32,000 nucleotides of DNA, taken from contig NC_010296.1 of assembly GCF_000010625.1 (NCBI RefSeq), forward strand, positions 5,490,001-5,522,000. The letters are read 5' to 3'. Below the pieces are notes generated by a model. It ran no database searches, was not told the DNA's origin, and worked only from the letters and a program-made list of their open reading frames with translations. The DNA is from Microcystis aeruginosa NIES-843 (GTDB lineage Bacteria; Cyanobacteriota; Cyanobacteriia; Cyanobacteriales; Microcystaceae). Shown here piece by piece: positions 9,007 through 16,758 of the stretch (position 1 is its first letter; each line of letters opens with the position of its first letter). Both the position numbers and the translations under genes were made by a program.

Positions 9007-10155
9007 TTAATCTTTATTGTCTTTTATTTTCACTGTGCCAGGAAGAATAAAATTTGATTTTCTGATTTCTGGATGTTTTTGTAAGATCCGAGTAGTTTTC
9101 TGATGAATTTCCGAAAGATTACTCACTTTATTTCTTCTAGTATTTTGCCATGAAAAGATTGAATTATTTTGGGAATCTGTTTTTAATAATTTGTCAATTT
9201 CTAAAATAATTGATTCAATTTCAATAGATAAACCACAATAATCAAACAGATAGCTTATGATTTGTTTCGGATGTGTTGTTAAATCTTCATATCGGATAGC
9301 ACAAAGTGGAAGTTTTTGTTGATAAAGCCATAAATAGCGATGCATATAAGACAGCCAACGAACTAAATAAAAATCTATTGAATTTGAATAATCTATTAGA
9401 TCAGAGTATTCTTCAAACAATGTGATAAATCGATTATAGAAATTTTTCTTTTCTTTAATAAGTAGAAGGTGTGAACTCATATATGGATCAAAAGCTCGAA
9501 TACAAGACTCAACAACTTTTTGAGCATCTCGATATAAAAAAATTCCTTTAGAATGAGGAAATACTTTATGTAAAATATCTGCAATTTCAATACAAAAACC
9601 ACGCAATTTAAATACATAAAATGATGGATTTTTTAGTTGATTAGGTTTGCAAAGAAGTGCAGTTAAAACCAACAACAGTTCTGCTAGTTGACAATCGTTA
9701 CTTTTATCAGGCATTCGGAGTCCGACAATTTGGCTAAAAATATCAGGCTCTGATAGACTTATAACATATTCAACTTGATGAAATATTCTGCTAAGTAGAG
9801 TAGATCCACATCGACCAACAGGATAAATAAATATTAGTTGATTGTCAGGTATTTTGAAAGTTTGAGCAAGTTGGCAAATTGTTTCATAAGATATTGCAAT
9901 TAATCGGTGAGCATATTCAAATTGAGCTTGATATAGAAAAGGATATGCAAAAATATCTATGTCAGAAGGAGTTTCGACAAAGATAACTTGTTTTTGTTGG
10001 TGATCTAAACAGTATAAACTAACATTACGTTGACTAACTACTTGTGCAATATCATCAATTTTTTCACCCTCCAAATAATCAAAATCAGATACATCAGCTA
10101 CTAGAGCAGGATTATTTTTTTGCTTTTTTTGAATGTAGAGAAATTGTCCACTCAT
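9007..10155 (-). CDS. sulfotransferase-family protein (PAPS-dependent), with an extra ~110-aa N-terminal region
   Basis: 5'-PSB-like loop PVGRCGSTLLSRIF and 3'-PB-like FLYRDAQKVVES. The gene is AT-rich. Confidence 0.6.
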   Translation of the reverse strand: MSGQFLYIQKKQKNNPALVADVSDFDYLEGEKIDDIAQVVSQRNVSLYCLDHQQKQVIFVETPSDIDIFAYPFLYQAQFEYAHRLIAISYETICQLAQTFKIPDNQLIFIYPVGRCGSTLLSRIFHQVEYVISLSEPDIFSQIVGLRMPDKSNDCQLAELLLVLTALLCKPNQLKNPSFYVFKLRGFCIEIADILHKVFPHSKGIFLYRDAQKVVESCIRAFDPYMSSHLLLIKEKKNFYNRFITLFEEYSDLIDYSNSIDFYLVRWLSYMHRYLWLYQQKLPLCAIRYEDLTTHPKQIISYLFDYCGLSIEIESIILEIDKLLKTDSQNNSIFSWQNTRRNKVSNLSEIHQKTTRILQKHPEIRKSNFILPGTVKIKDNKD

Positions 10156-10191
10156 GATTTGATCGGTTGACTCTATTTTTTTTATTCTTTA

Positions 10192-10881
10192 TTAGCTTGT
10201 TATAACAGTCTCCTGATAAAGTTCATAAAAGTACGCAGCGATAAACTCAGCAATTTTTCTGAGAATATCTATTAAGATTTCTTCATCTGCATATTTTACA
10301 ATAAGACGATGAGCAACATCTAACATCATTTCATAATGATCTTCATTTTCGTCAATTTTCACATGAGCTTTAGCTCCTATTACAAAAGATTTGGAAAATT
10401 TTTCTGCAACTTTATCAATCACATAACCTGAAGATTGATCGGAATTCCATTCAACAAACAAAGAATATGCAACAGCAGGCAAAGAGCCAATCTCCTTAAT
10501 CTTATTTTTTAGATAATCTATCATTGCTTCTGTGGCTTGAAATGGCTGGATTTCAAAAACTTGTTTTTCAGTATATCCGTGTTGACGCAGATCTTTGATA
10601 AATAATAAATCGTGTGTCATTTCCTGTGCAGTATATCGACCCCATAGTCTTGCAGCTTCGTAGTCTTCATCAATCATATAAGCCAAAGCCAGTGCATCTG
10701 TTTGGCTAGTCAGGCGAATACGCTTGATGGTTTCAATTAAGTGGCGAACATAGTATTTTTCATTCAGCACTTGATTTTTATCAGTTAGGTGGCCGGCATA
10801 GGGAACTGTCATTATAATTTTGTTGACTTCTTGCTGGAAAAAAAGTTCAAGGTTTTTTCTCAGTTGCTCACGATTAATCAT
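10192..10881 (-). CDS. heme-oxygenase-like fold / iron-containing redox enzyme family protein (HDO-like)
   Basis: All-helical pattern with YVRHLIE, an ExxH (AQEMTHD), FVEWNS and H..DENEDHYEMM. Start taken at ATG 10879-10881, preceded by GGAG at 8-nt spacing; the ORF track uses GTG 10899. Confidence 0.55.
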   Translation of the reverse strand: MINREQLRKNLELFFQQEVNKIIMTVPYAGHLTDKNQVLNEKYYVRHLIETIKRIRLTSQTDALALAYMIDEDYEAARLWGRYTAQEMTHDLLFIKDLRQHGYTEKQVFEIQPFQATEAMIDYLKNKIKEIGSLPAVAYSLFVEWNSDQSSGYVIDKVAEKFSKSFVIGAKAHVKIDENEDHYEMMLDVAHRLIVKYADEEILIDILRKIAEFIAAYFYELYQETVITS

Positions 10882-11229
10882 GTTTTTTACTCCTGTCACG
10901 AAATAATTTAGGTTCTTTGGTTTGTCTTATGCAATGTACAGGTTTATAAGGAATGAAACTCTTATAGAGAAAGACATTTGGCGATTTTTGTTAATTGTTT
11001 TCGATCTAGAGCGAACTAATCAATTAAATCTCTTGCCAGATAAGGATTTAGTCCATTTATGCCACCCTATCGAACCATACTAAGTAACGAAGAACCATAA
11101 TTGATCAGATTTGAGAGCATCCCAATTTTGCACGTTAGCTGTTTTAAAGAGGAATAAAACTCTTGGGATGCCGTTACTTTGGGTCATGCTTTTACAAAAA
11201 CGGGATGCTCGCTCAGATTTCAGATTTGT

Positions 11230-11382
11230 CTACTTGAGGAGATAAAGTGATAGTGATGTTGTAGTTTTGCCTCCCTTAATGTTTGCAGATTCTTGTTCAT
11301 CTACTTTTGCTGGATTATCACCATTTAATTCATTGACTTTGATGTCAGACGTTGGAAGTTCATTAACTTTGATGTTAGACAT
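11230..11382 (-). CDS. 50-aa candidate RiPP precursor peptide with double-glycine leader (not in the ORF track)
   Basis: Hand translation gives MSNIKVNELPTSDIKVNELNGDNPAKVDEQESANIKGG|KTTTSLSLYLLK*. AGGAGG (complement of 11392-11397) lies 9 nt upstream of the ATG. It is on the same strand as, and upstream of, the HDO-like and sulfotransferase genes. Confidence 0.5.
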   Translation of the reverse strand: MSNIKVNELPTSDIKVNELNGDNPAKVDEQESANIKGGKTTTSLSLYLLK

Positions 11383-11452
11383 TGGAATTATCCTCCTAAT
11401 TAAGGAAAAAGTAATTGGCTTGAGATTGGGTTTACCTCACTCATCTGTCCCT

Positions 11453-11481
11453 ATATTAATCGCTCTCCCAGCAGATGACAA
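11453..11481 (-). promoter_or_regulatory. sigma70-like promoter for the small ORF
   Basis: On the minus strand: TTGTCA (11476-11481), a 17-nt spacer, then TAATAT (11453-11458). The -10 element lies 71-76 nt upstream of the ATG at 11382. Confidence 0.4.
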
Positions 11482-11500
11482 CCCCCTGGAAGGATGATTT

Positions 11501-11529
11501 TTGAACATAATTCTAGTATTTATGTTCAA
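11501..11529. promoter_or_regulatory. perfect 10-bp inverted repeat (candidate operator)
   Basis: TTGAACATAA (11501-11510), 9 nt, TTATGTTCAA (11520-11529). It lies 20-48 bp upstream of the -35 element. A third half-site TGAACATAA is at 11622-11630. Confidence 0.35.
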
Positions 11530-11661
11530 TTTTCAAGGACAGTCCCCAACGAGAAAATAAGGTTTTCCGGTTATTTCGCCAGCAACTTTGAGATGAAAAC
11601 TGAGTTTTGCCCCCTAAATCCTGAACATAAATAAACTATTTATAGCGGTTTTCAGTCTAAT

Positions 11662-11838
11662 ATGGAGGCTATTTTCAATACTCCAATGTCTGCGAATCAC
11701 CTCGGCGTGTTTTTGGGCATCCGCTGCTAAACTACTGATGAAGAAGCGAATTTCTGTCGTAGTTTTATTCCACAATTGGCGGACACTGCGAACTATGACT
11801 ACTACAGCTCTAACCAGTAATTTAGATAGGTCAATCAC
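11662..11838 (-). pseudogene. ISAs1-family transposase, C-terminal remnant
   Basis: ...TTEIRFFISSLAADAQKHAEVIRRHWSIENSLH matches the conserved ISAs1 (H-repeat-associated) C-terminal block. Similarity stops after SLH, and the N-terminal ~300 aa are absent. Confidence 0.55.
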
Positions 11839-11946
11839 TTATCAGTTCACTGTTCACTGATGCTGATTAAGGCGTTAAATTTGCGCGATGAAGCATGAAA
11901 TGCTATAAAAATCTCAGTCCTCCCTATAGAAAAGAGTAGAAACCTT

Positions 11947-12528
11947 ATGGCACGCACCGAGTCCACAATGTTAGATCTGGGGACAAAAGCTCCCAGTTTT
12001 GCCTTACCCGATGTGGTTTCGGGTGAAACTATCTCTCTGGACAGCTTTGCGGCTAAAACCGCTCTGTTAGTCATCTTCCTCTGTGAACATTGTCCCTTTG
12101 TTAAACACATTCAAGAAGAACTTACCCGTCTAGGTCGCGATTATGCTAATACCAATCTGGGCATCCTCGCAATTAGTTCTAATGACGTGGAGAAATATCC
12201 CGATGATTCGCCCGAAAATTTGAAAAAAATGGCGATAACCCTTGACTTTAAATTCAATTTATGCTATGACGAAAGCCAAGAAGTGGCGAAAGCTTACACG
12301 GCAGCCTGTACTCCCGATTTTTTCCTCTTTGATAGTCAGCGGATTCTAGTCTATCGCGGTCAGTTGGATGATAGTCGTCCTAGTAATGGAATACCGGTGA
12401 CAGGCAAAGATCTCCGCGCCGCTATTGACAAGGTTTTAACCGGTCAACCAGTGCCGACGGACCAAAAACCGAGTTTAGGCTGTAATATCAAATGGAAACT
12501 GGGTAATGAGCCACCCTATTACGGTTAA
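11947..12528 (+). CDS. thioredoxin-fold thiol-disulfide oxidoreductase (redoxin/AhpC-TSA-like)
   Basis: CEHCPFVKH CxxC motif, ...NDVEKYPDDSPENLKKMA..., CTPDFFLFD, YRGQLDDSRP, GCNIKWK. Confidence 0.8.
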   Translation: MARTESTMLDLGTKAPSFALPDVVSGETISLDSFAAKTALLVIFLCEHCPFVKHIQEELTRLGRDYANTNLGILAISSNDVEKYPDDSPENLKKMAITLDFKFNLCYDESQEVAKAYTAACTPDFFLFDSQRILVYRGQLDDSRPSNGIPVTGKDLRAAIDKVLTGQPVPTDQKPSLGCNIKWKLGNEPPYYG

Positions 12529-12536
12529 TTAACGAA

Positions 12537-12702
12537 GGGTGTAGGGTGTAGGGTGTAGGGTGTGGGGAAGTGGGGAAATGGGGAAATGGGGAAGCTGTCT
12601 CATCACCCTATCGCCCCAAAACCCTATCACCCTATCTCCTGAATACTGACGACCGACGACCGACTCCTAACCCCACCAACAAGCTTTTTGCCGCAAATCC
12701 TA
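12537..12702. repeat. composite repeat: G-rich heptamer/octamer array + CCTATC and GACGACC repeats + MITE-type terminus
   Basis: (GGGTGTA)x3, GGGGAAGT/GGGGAAAT units, then ...ccaccaacaagctttttgccgcaaatccTA. This is the same terminus as the MITE copies. Confidence 0.75.
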
Positions 12703-12711
12703 CTTATGAGA

Positions 12712-13962
12712 CTATTTCAACAGCGTAACCGATTGCTGTGCTAATAGGGCAGTACCATAGGCCGCTTGCTCCTGTTTAGACAAAAGCACGGGAACCCCTA
12801 AATGACGCTGACGAATTATTCTCCAAGTCGAATTTTTTGCCCCACCACCGGCACTATAAACTCGCTCTAATTTATTGGCTCCCAATTCCTGTAAACGCTG
12901 ATAACCTAAAGCTTCAATGCGGGCAATACTTTCTAGTAACCCATGCAAAAATTCTCGAGGATTATCGGGCTGGGGAGTCAGTTTCACGGGTAAAAAAGGA
13001 TCATTAATTGGAAAGCGCTCGCCCGCTTTTAGTAAAGGATAATAATCTAAATTACTTTCTTTTTGTCCATCTATTGCTAAACTATAATTTCTCAATTCTT
13101 GATCAGAAAAAAACTTCTTTAACACTGCTCCTCCCGTATTGGATGCCCCACCAGTTAACCACAAATTTCCTAAACGATGACTATAGATGCCATAGTTACT
13201 ATCATCAACTTTCTGGCTACTTAATAATTTTAAGACTAAAGTTGAACCTAAAGATGTCACTGCATCCCCTAAAGAATTAGCACCACTGGCTAAAAATGCC
13301 GCTATGCTGTCGGTGGTTCCCGTATAAATTAAACAATCTTTCGGGATAGCAAAACGAGTCACTAAATCCGGTTTAATAGTATCGATCGCTGTACCTGGGG
13401 CAAAAATTTGCGGTAATAAATTAAACATCGGTAAATTCTCTAACCAATCGGGATAACAGAGATTTTCGAGATCATAACCTAACTTTAAGGCATTGTGATA
13501 ATCACTAATTCCCAGTTTACCGTGCAGGAGAAATGCTAACCAATCCGCTTGGGAGAGAAAATAACGCGCTTGCGAAAAAATTTCTTGTTCACTCCACCAA
13601 AGTAATTTAGCTAAACTGGAGGTAGCAATAATCACGGGATGGTGAGGGGGTGCTATAGCTTTAATTGCTTCTAAAAACCCAATTCCTCGCCCGTCATTGT
13701 ATAATATGGCCTCAGAAAGAGGATTACCCCAATTATCACATAATAACACCGTCGAGGAAGTACCATTAATCGCGATCGATTTAAGTTCTGAACGCACCGA
13801 ATCCCCTAGATTATCCAATAAATAAAATAGGGCCTTTTGCCAATCCTGAAAATTGGCATTAGTGAAGGGATAATGAACCTCAGCGACGATATTTTTGCTA
13901 GAATCAATAGCAATCGCTCGCGCTCCCGATGTGCCAAAATCAATACCTAAAGATAAACCCAT
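12712..13962 (-). CDS. FGGY-family carbohydrate kinase (xylulokinase/ribulokinase-like)
   Basis: GIDFGTSGARAIAID..., GTTDSIAAFLA, GGASNTGG, SAGGGAKN. The ATG at 13960-13962 is preferred; the ORF track starts at GTG 13974. Confidence 0.8.
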   Translation of the reverse strand: MGLSLGIDFGTSGARAIAIDSSKNIVAEVHYPFTNANFQDWQKALFYLLDNLGDSVRSELKSIAINGTSSTVLLCDNWGNPLSEAILYNDGRGIGFLEAIKAIAPPHHPVIIATSSLAKLLWWSEQEIFSQARYFLSQADWLAFLLHGKLGISDYHNALKLGYDLENLCYPDWLENLPMFNLLPQIFAPGTAIDTIKPDLVTRFAIPKDCLIYTGTTDSIAAFLASGANSLGDAVTSLGSTLVLKLLSSQKVDDSNYGIYSHRLGNLWLTGGASNTGGAVLKKFFSDQELRNYSLAIDGQKESNLDYYPLLKAGERFPINDPFLPVKLTPQPDNPREFLHGLLESIARIEALGYQRLQELGANKLERVYSAGGGAKNSTWRIIRQRHLGVPVLLSKQEQAAYGTALLAQQSVTLLK

Positions 13963-13964
13963 AG

Positions 13965-15023
13965 ATGTCTTCACAACCCCCTCATTCTGGCTACCATTGG
14001 GATGGTATCACTCCCCGATTCTTTGAAGGTTGGTACTTCCGAGTCATGATTCCGCAATTAGCCGACGGATTCGCCTTTATGTATTCTATTCAAGACCCAA
14101 GCGGCGGTCAAGTCAATAGCGGCGGAGCGGTACAAATTTTAGCCATAGAATCTAATTATCTTTGTCGCACTTTTCCCGATACGGATAAATTTTGGGCAAG
14201 TCGTCAGCAATTAGCCATTATCCATTGGGGAAAAACTAACTTAAAAATCCGTCCCTGTCTCCTTTCCCCGTCAGCTTTTTTTGAGTCTGTTCAAGAGGGT
14301 TATCAAGCAACGGCAAACCAGCAGCAAGGACGAATTTATGATCCCGTCACTGGAGAAATCTGTCAATGGGATTATCGCGTTGAAACTAGGTACAGTTGGG
14401 GAGATAACAAGCGTTTACCCCAAGCAACAGCAGGAATATTATCTTATTTACCGATTTTTGACCCAGGTTGGCAGATTTTAACTGCTCATGGTTTAGCCAC
14501 AGGAATGATTACCTATCGGGGAAAAAATTACCAATTTGAGAATGTACCTTTTTATAGCGAGAAAAATTGGGGTTATTCTTTCCCCGAAAAGTGGTTTTGG
14601 ATTAATTGTAATGCTTTCCCTGAAAATCCCGATTTAACCTTAACCGCAGTGGGTTCTACCCGGAAAGTTCTCCACTGGACGGAATCGGTGGGAATTATCG
14701 GTATTCACTGCCAAAATCGCTTTTATAAGTTTGATATCTGGAATTCTCAACTAAGTTGGACAGTGCAACCCTGGGGATACTGGGAAATGAGGGCAACCAA
14801 CGAGAATTATACCATTGTCTTAATCGGCATCAGTGATCATCCTCCCGATCGCGTGCGTGTACCCACAGAAAAAGGTCTCTGTTTTGCTTGTCAAGATACC
14901 CTCAAAGGTAAATTATCGATAAAATTGGCTGATAGTCGTGGTAAAACCCTTATAAATAGCTCTAGTGGTCTAGCTGGTCTCGAAATTGGCGGTATTTGGC
15001 CATCAGCTTGGATCAAACAGTGA
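13965..15023 (+). CDS. tocopherol cyclase
   Basis: PPHSGYHWDG...RFFEGWYFRV...FAFMYSIQDP...GGAVQIL...FDPGWQIL...EKNWG.SFP..WFW is collinear with Synechocystis slr1737/VTE1 as I remember it. Confidence 0.85.
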   Translation: MSSQPPHSGYHWDGITPRFFEGWYFRVMIPQLADGFAFMYSIQDPSGGQVNSGGAVQILAIESNYLCRTFPDTDKFWASRQQLAIIHWGKTNLKIRPCLLSPSAFFESVQEGYQATANQQQGRIYDPVTGEICQWDYRVETRYSWGDNKRLPQATAGILSYLPIFDPGWQILTAHGLATGMITYRGKNYQFENVPFYSEKNWGYSFPEKWFWINCNAFPENPDLTLTAVGSTRKVLHWTESVGIIGIHCQNRFYKFDIWNSQLSWTVQPWGYWEMRATNENYTIVLIGISDHPPDRVRVPTEKGLCFACQDTLKGKLSIKLADSRGKTLINSSSGLAGLEIGGIWPSAWIKQ

Positions 15024-15116
15024 TTGAAATCACCATTGCGACGGCATAATATCACGCTATTATTTATCGAGCGGTATTAACATTGAGTCAGTTTTTGATC
15101 GCTAAAAAATCGTTTC

Positions 15117-15443
15117 ATGAACCAACCTTTTCTCAATTTTGTTGAGCAATTAGTGATAGCAGAAGTGCGGGAACAGTTAAGGAATTTACCTGCTTCCTTT
15201 CATCAATATCTCTCGGAGATTAAAATCGATCGAGTCATGAATAATGCTATCCAAATTCTGCCCCGCAGTTTCAAAACTTTGGGGGAAAAATATCACGATT
15301 ATCACCCCCGAAGATTAAGAATAAAAATTGCTGTAGAAAGAGCGATCGCCGATATACTGCATGAACTAAAATTTTATTATGTAGCGCAGACAGAAGTGGA
15401 AGATGAAGAAAATATTCCCACGGAACCATATTCTAAAAAGTGA
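15117..15443 (+). CDS. hypothetical protein (possibly ComFB-like)
   Basis: 108-aa ORF. NFVEQLVIAEVREQL...IDRVMNNAIQILP weakly resembles ComFB-domain proteins. This is low-confidence functional guesswork. Confidence 0.45.
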   Translation: MNQPFLNFVEQLVIAEVREQLRNLPASFHQYLSEIKIDRVMNNAIQILPRSFKTLGEKYHDYHPRRLRIKIAVERAIADILHELKFYYVAQTEVEDEENIPTEPYSKK

Positions 15444-15452
15444 TATAGCAGA

Positions 15453-15484
15453 GGCTGCATCTCAGACAAAATTGAGATGCAGCC
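15453..15484. terminator. perfect 12-bp-stem hairpin between convergent genes
   Basis: GGCTGCATCTCA (15453-15464), an 8-nt loop, then TGAGATGCAGCC (15473-15484). No clear U-tract on either strand. Confidence 0.45.
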
Positions 15485-15510
15485 TGTAGATTCTCTGGAA
15501 AATGCCAGAT

Positions 15511-15996
15511 TTACCAGCTAATTACTTTAACCGTTTCCTTAAATAAATTTGCTTCTAGGGAATCGGGAGAACTTGTCACCACACCGGCAATTAGATCTTC
15601 GGGTTTTATGGCTGCTTGTTTCATACAGGAGGGACAAATTAAGACTTTTCCCCCTTGACTGATGAAATCTACTAACATTGCTTGCAGGGTTTTACCGGTG
15701 ATACCGTTAGTGTGTTGAGGAATGGTCGTCGCTGCCAGGTGCACCCCTGTAATATTCAAAAAAATAGTGGTTGAGTGACCTTTTTTTAGCATATTGGTAG
15801 CGACACCGATTGCCATTGCAGCTCGCCAAGGATCATCGGTGGTTAAATTAACAAATAAATCGGATTTTTGTTGACCGACAGCAATTATTGCTTCGTTAGT
15901 TTGTACTGGAGAAAGGGAAGGATTAGCCAAGACTGGGATAGATGTAACTAAGGATAATCCCACAAGCGAACCAAGGGCTAAAGATTTTAACAACAT
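15511..15996 (-). CDS. DsrE/DsrF-like family protein with signal peptide
   Basis: N-terminal MLLKSLALGSLVGLSLVTSIPVLA, then LFVNLTTDDPWRAAMAIGVA...IFLNITGVHLA...VLICPSCM. Confidence 0.6.
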   Translation of the reverse strand: MLLKSLALGSLVGLSLVTSIPVLANPSLSPVQTNEAIIAVGQQKSDLFVNLTTDDPWRAAMAIGVATNMLKKGHSTTIFLNITGVHLAATTIPQHTNGITGKTLQAMLVDFISQGGKVLICPSCMKQAAIKPEDLIAGVVTSSPDSLEANLFKETVKVISW

Positions 15997-16127
15997 TTTC
16001 TTTTCCTCTTGCTGCTGGGTACAATGAAAACATTTTCATTATGATGATTTCTGGAAAATCTTGTCAACAGACAGCCTGTCAAACTTTAATTTTTGTTGCA
16101 GATAACAAAAACAATAAGGTGAGATAA

Positions 16128-16365
16128 GTAGGGTTTGCAGCAAAAAGTTTTTCGTGGGGGCAGGCTTCGGCCGTGAGCTCAGCCGAACGGGTGTGGGGAG
16201 TGGGGTGTATGATTTTACCGATTTTGAGGGGGTCAATTACCTAATTTTCAGGTAAAAAGTAGCTAAATTTTCCCACCGAACAATCCCATATCTGGTACGT
16301 TTTGATTTCAAAAAGACCTAAAGATATTATCCAACAAGGTTTTTAGATTGATTCAGCAATCTCTA
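16128..16365 (+). mobile_element. MITE copy A (degenerate right end, extra GC hairpin insert)
   Basis: TA|GGGTTTGCAGCAAAAAGTTTTTCGTGGGGG...GGTCAATTACCTAATTTTCAGG...CCAACAAGGTTTTTAGATTGATTCAGCAA aligns with copies at 19811, 29770(-) and 30723. Confidence 0.7.
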
Positions 16366-16758
16366 ATTAAAAATTGCGATGGCGTTTGCATAATTATTCC
16401 TGTTTGTTCAGCCACTTGTGACCTAAAAGCCTAAGAGTCACTGATAATTGCTAATTGTTGGTATTGCTGCATAAGTGCGTAAAAGCTGATAGGATAACGA
16501 ACGGAAAAAATATAGATCGTCAAGGCGCAAGAAATCGCTACAATCATTCCAGCAGAGGTGATAGTAATCCCTCGACATCCATTTGTTAACGATCGCTAAT
16601 GATTAGACAAACTTGGTTTTCCCAAGCGGTTTCGAGACAGCGAACCCGTGATTTTCCCAGTCGATCATCGAAAATTTGGGTCTGAAACCCCGCCGTTTTA
16701 CGGCGGCTTTACTGTTAAATATTAGCGCATTTACAAAATATATGCTAAAATACGAGGT

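Noticed and set aside
11040-11100. tRNA-like T-arm (GGTTCGAT on the minus strand)
   Set aside because: No acceptor or anticodon arms can be drawn around it; this is an isolated chance match.
11080-11187. 35-aa minus-strand ORF (MTQSNGIPRVLFLFKTANVQNWDALKSDQLWFFVT) in the precursor-enzyme spacer
   Set aside because: No SD precedes the ATG (gtttttgtaaaagcATG), and it overlaps the putative RNA-structure motifs. It is kept only as a remote possibility of a second small gene.
11267-11497. 76-aa plus-strand ORF in the islet
   Set aside because: It has no SD and a low-complexity sequence. It is the antisense of the much better supported 50-aa ORF with AGGAGG and a promoter.
16039-16236. 65-aa minus-strand ORF
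   Set aside because: It lies within MITE copy A and its flank. The analogous ORFs 19817..20008 and 30694..30894 are likewise read-throughs of the MITE G-rich array (GCGVWG...) and are not conserved in frame between copies.
16431-16547. 38-aa hydrophobic minus-strand ORF (MIVAISCALTIYIFSV...)
   Set aside because: It is a possible type-I-toxin-like or gene-fragment ORF, but it has no RBS, no recognisable family and no supporting structure.
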